Below, in pieces: positions 58,256-58,902 of a DNA stretch of 58,902 bases (position 1 is the stretch's first letter; each line of letters starts with the position of its first letter). Origin of the DNA: Gemmatimonadota bacterium (GTDB lineage: Bacteria; Gemmatimonadota; Gemmatimonadetes; Gemmatimonadales; GWC2-71-9); contig JAZDCZ010000020.1 of the NCBI GenBank assembly GCA_036679605.1, positions 1-58,902 on the forward strand, in the 5' to 3' direction. The position numbers and the translations under genes are program-made. The notes beneath the pieces are model-generated. The model ran no database searches and was not told where the DNA came from. It saw only the letters and a program-made list of their open reading frames with translations.

Positions 58256-58902
58256 ATGACCGAGATCACGTCCAAGCTCTCGACCGCCCTCGCCGACCGC
58301 TATAAGATCGAACGCCATCTTGGTGAAGGTGGCATGGCTACCGTCTACCTCGCCGAGGACTTGAAGCACAAACGCAAGGTGGCGGTCAAGGTGTTGCGAC
58401 CCGAACTCGCGGCGGTCTTGGGCGCCGAACGCTTCGTCCAGGAGATCACGACCACCGCGAATCTGCAACACCCGCACATACTGCCTCTTTTCGATTCGGG
58501 GGAAGCTGACTCTTTCCTTTATTATGTCATGCCGTTCATCGACGGTGAGACGTTGCGCGACAAGCTCAACCGGGAAACCCAGCTTGGCATAGAGGAAGCT
58601 GTCAGCATCACCACCGACATCGCGGGCGCGCTGGACTACGCCCACGGCGAAGGGGTGATCCACCGCGATATCAAGCCGGAGAATATCCTCATCCATAACG
58701 GCCGGCCGATGGTGGCGGACTTTGGGATTGCTCTGGCGGTGAGTGCCGCAGCCGGTGGTCGGATGACCGAGACGGGTCTCAGTCTCGGCACACCGCACTA
58801 CATGAGTCCCGAACAGGCGACTGCCGAGAAGGACCTCACTGCGCGGTCGGACGTTTACTCGTTGGGCAGTGTGCTGTACGAGATGTTGACCGGTGAGCCG
58901 CC
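58256..58902 (+). CDS. Ser/Thr protein kinase, runs off the window end
   Basis: MTEITSKLSTALADRYKIERHLGEGGMATVY, VAVK, HRDIKPEN, DFG, GTPHYMSPE. Confidence 0.92.
   Translation, partial: MTEITSKLSTALADRYKIERHLGEGGMATVYLAEDLKHKRKVAVKVLRPELAAVLGAERFVQEITTTANLQHPHILPLFDSGEADSFLYYVMPFIDGETLRDKLNRETQLGIEEAVSITTDIAGALDYAHGEGVIHRDIKPENILIHNGRPMVADFGIALAVSAAAGGRMTETGLSLGTPHYMSPEQATAEKDLTARSDVYSLGSVLYEMLTGEP

Noticed and set aside
4140..58798. Numerous long antisense or alternate-frame ORFs (e.g. 5283-6131, 8509-9309, 35695-36675, 49625-50725, 58076-58798)
   Set aside because: They are shadows of well-supported genes in high-GC DNA

Overview
GC-rich accessory-genome window, probably from a Gemmatimonadota bacterium. 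That placement is inferred from the expanded Ser/Thr kinase family, the PadR + ADOP-type permease pair, BTAD receptors and small 'ERLDFAERLL' proteins. The left part (about 1-14.2 kb) looks like stacked islands ending in tRNA-Leu(TAA) 3' fragments. It carries DUF1611 + a PLP racemase, a 21-bp tandem array, an AbiEi-like antitoxin with an internally deleted AbiEii toxin, a type I RM system (hsdR-hsdS-hsdM), an AlbA_2/Schlafen-domain protein and DUF6941-HicA-HicB. Both tRNA fragments are split in the T-loop by copies of a 77-78 bp two-hairpin element whose sequence diverges while its fold covaries (three copies); this is the most unusual signal here. The rest is a mosaic of signalling and envelope genes: four Ser/Thr kinases, a membrane-spanning BTAD-AAA receptor, three serine hydrolases and propeller lipoproteins. 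It also holds HipBA, a stand-alone IS200-type HUH transposase next to REP-like bulged hairpins, and senA-senB (selenoneine) without senC. Many blocks are bracketed by diverged direct repeats of gene ends (kinase/hsdR, senB, anion permease, BTAD promoter, VWA gene), which suggests repeated homology-anchored insertion. No rRNA, intact tRNA, CRISPR array, integrase or reverse transcriptase was seen. All family calls come from motif recognition; no database was searched.
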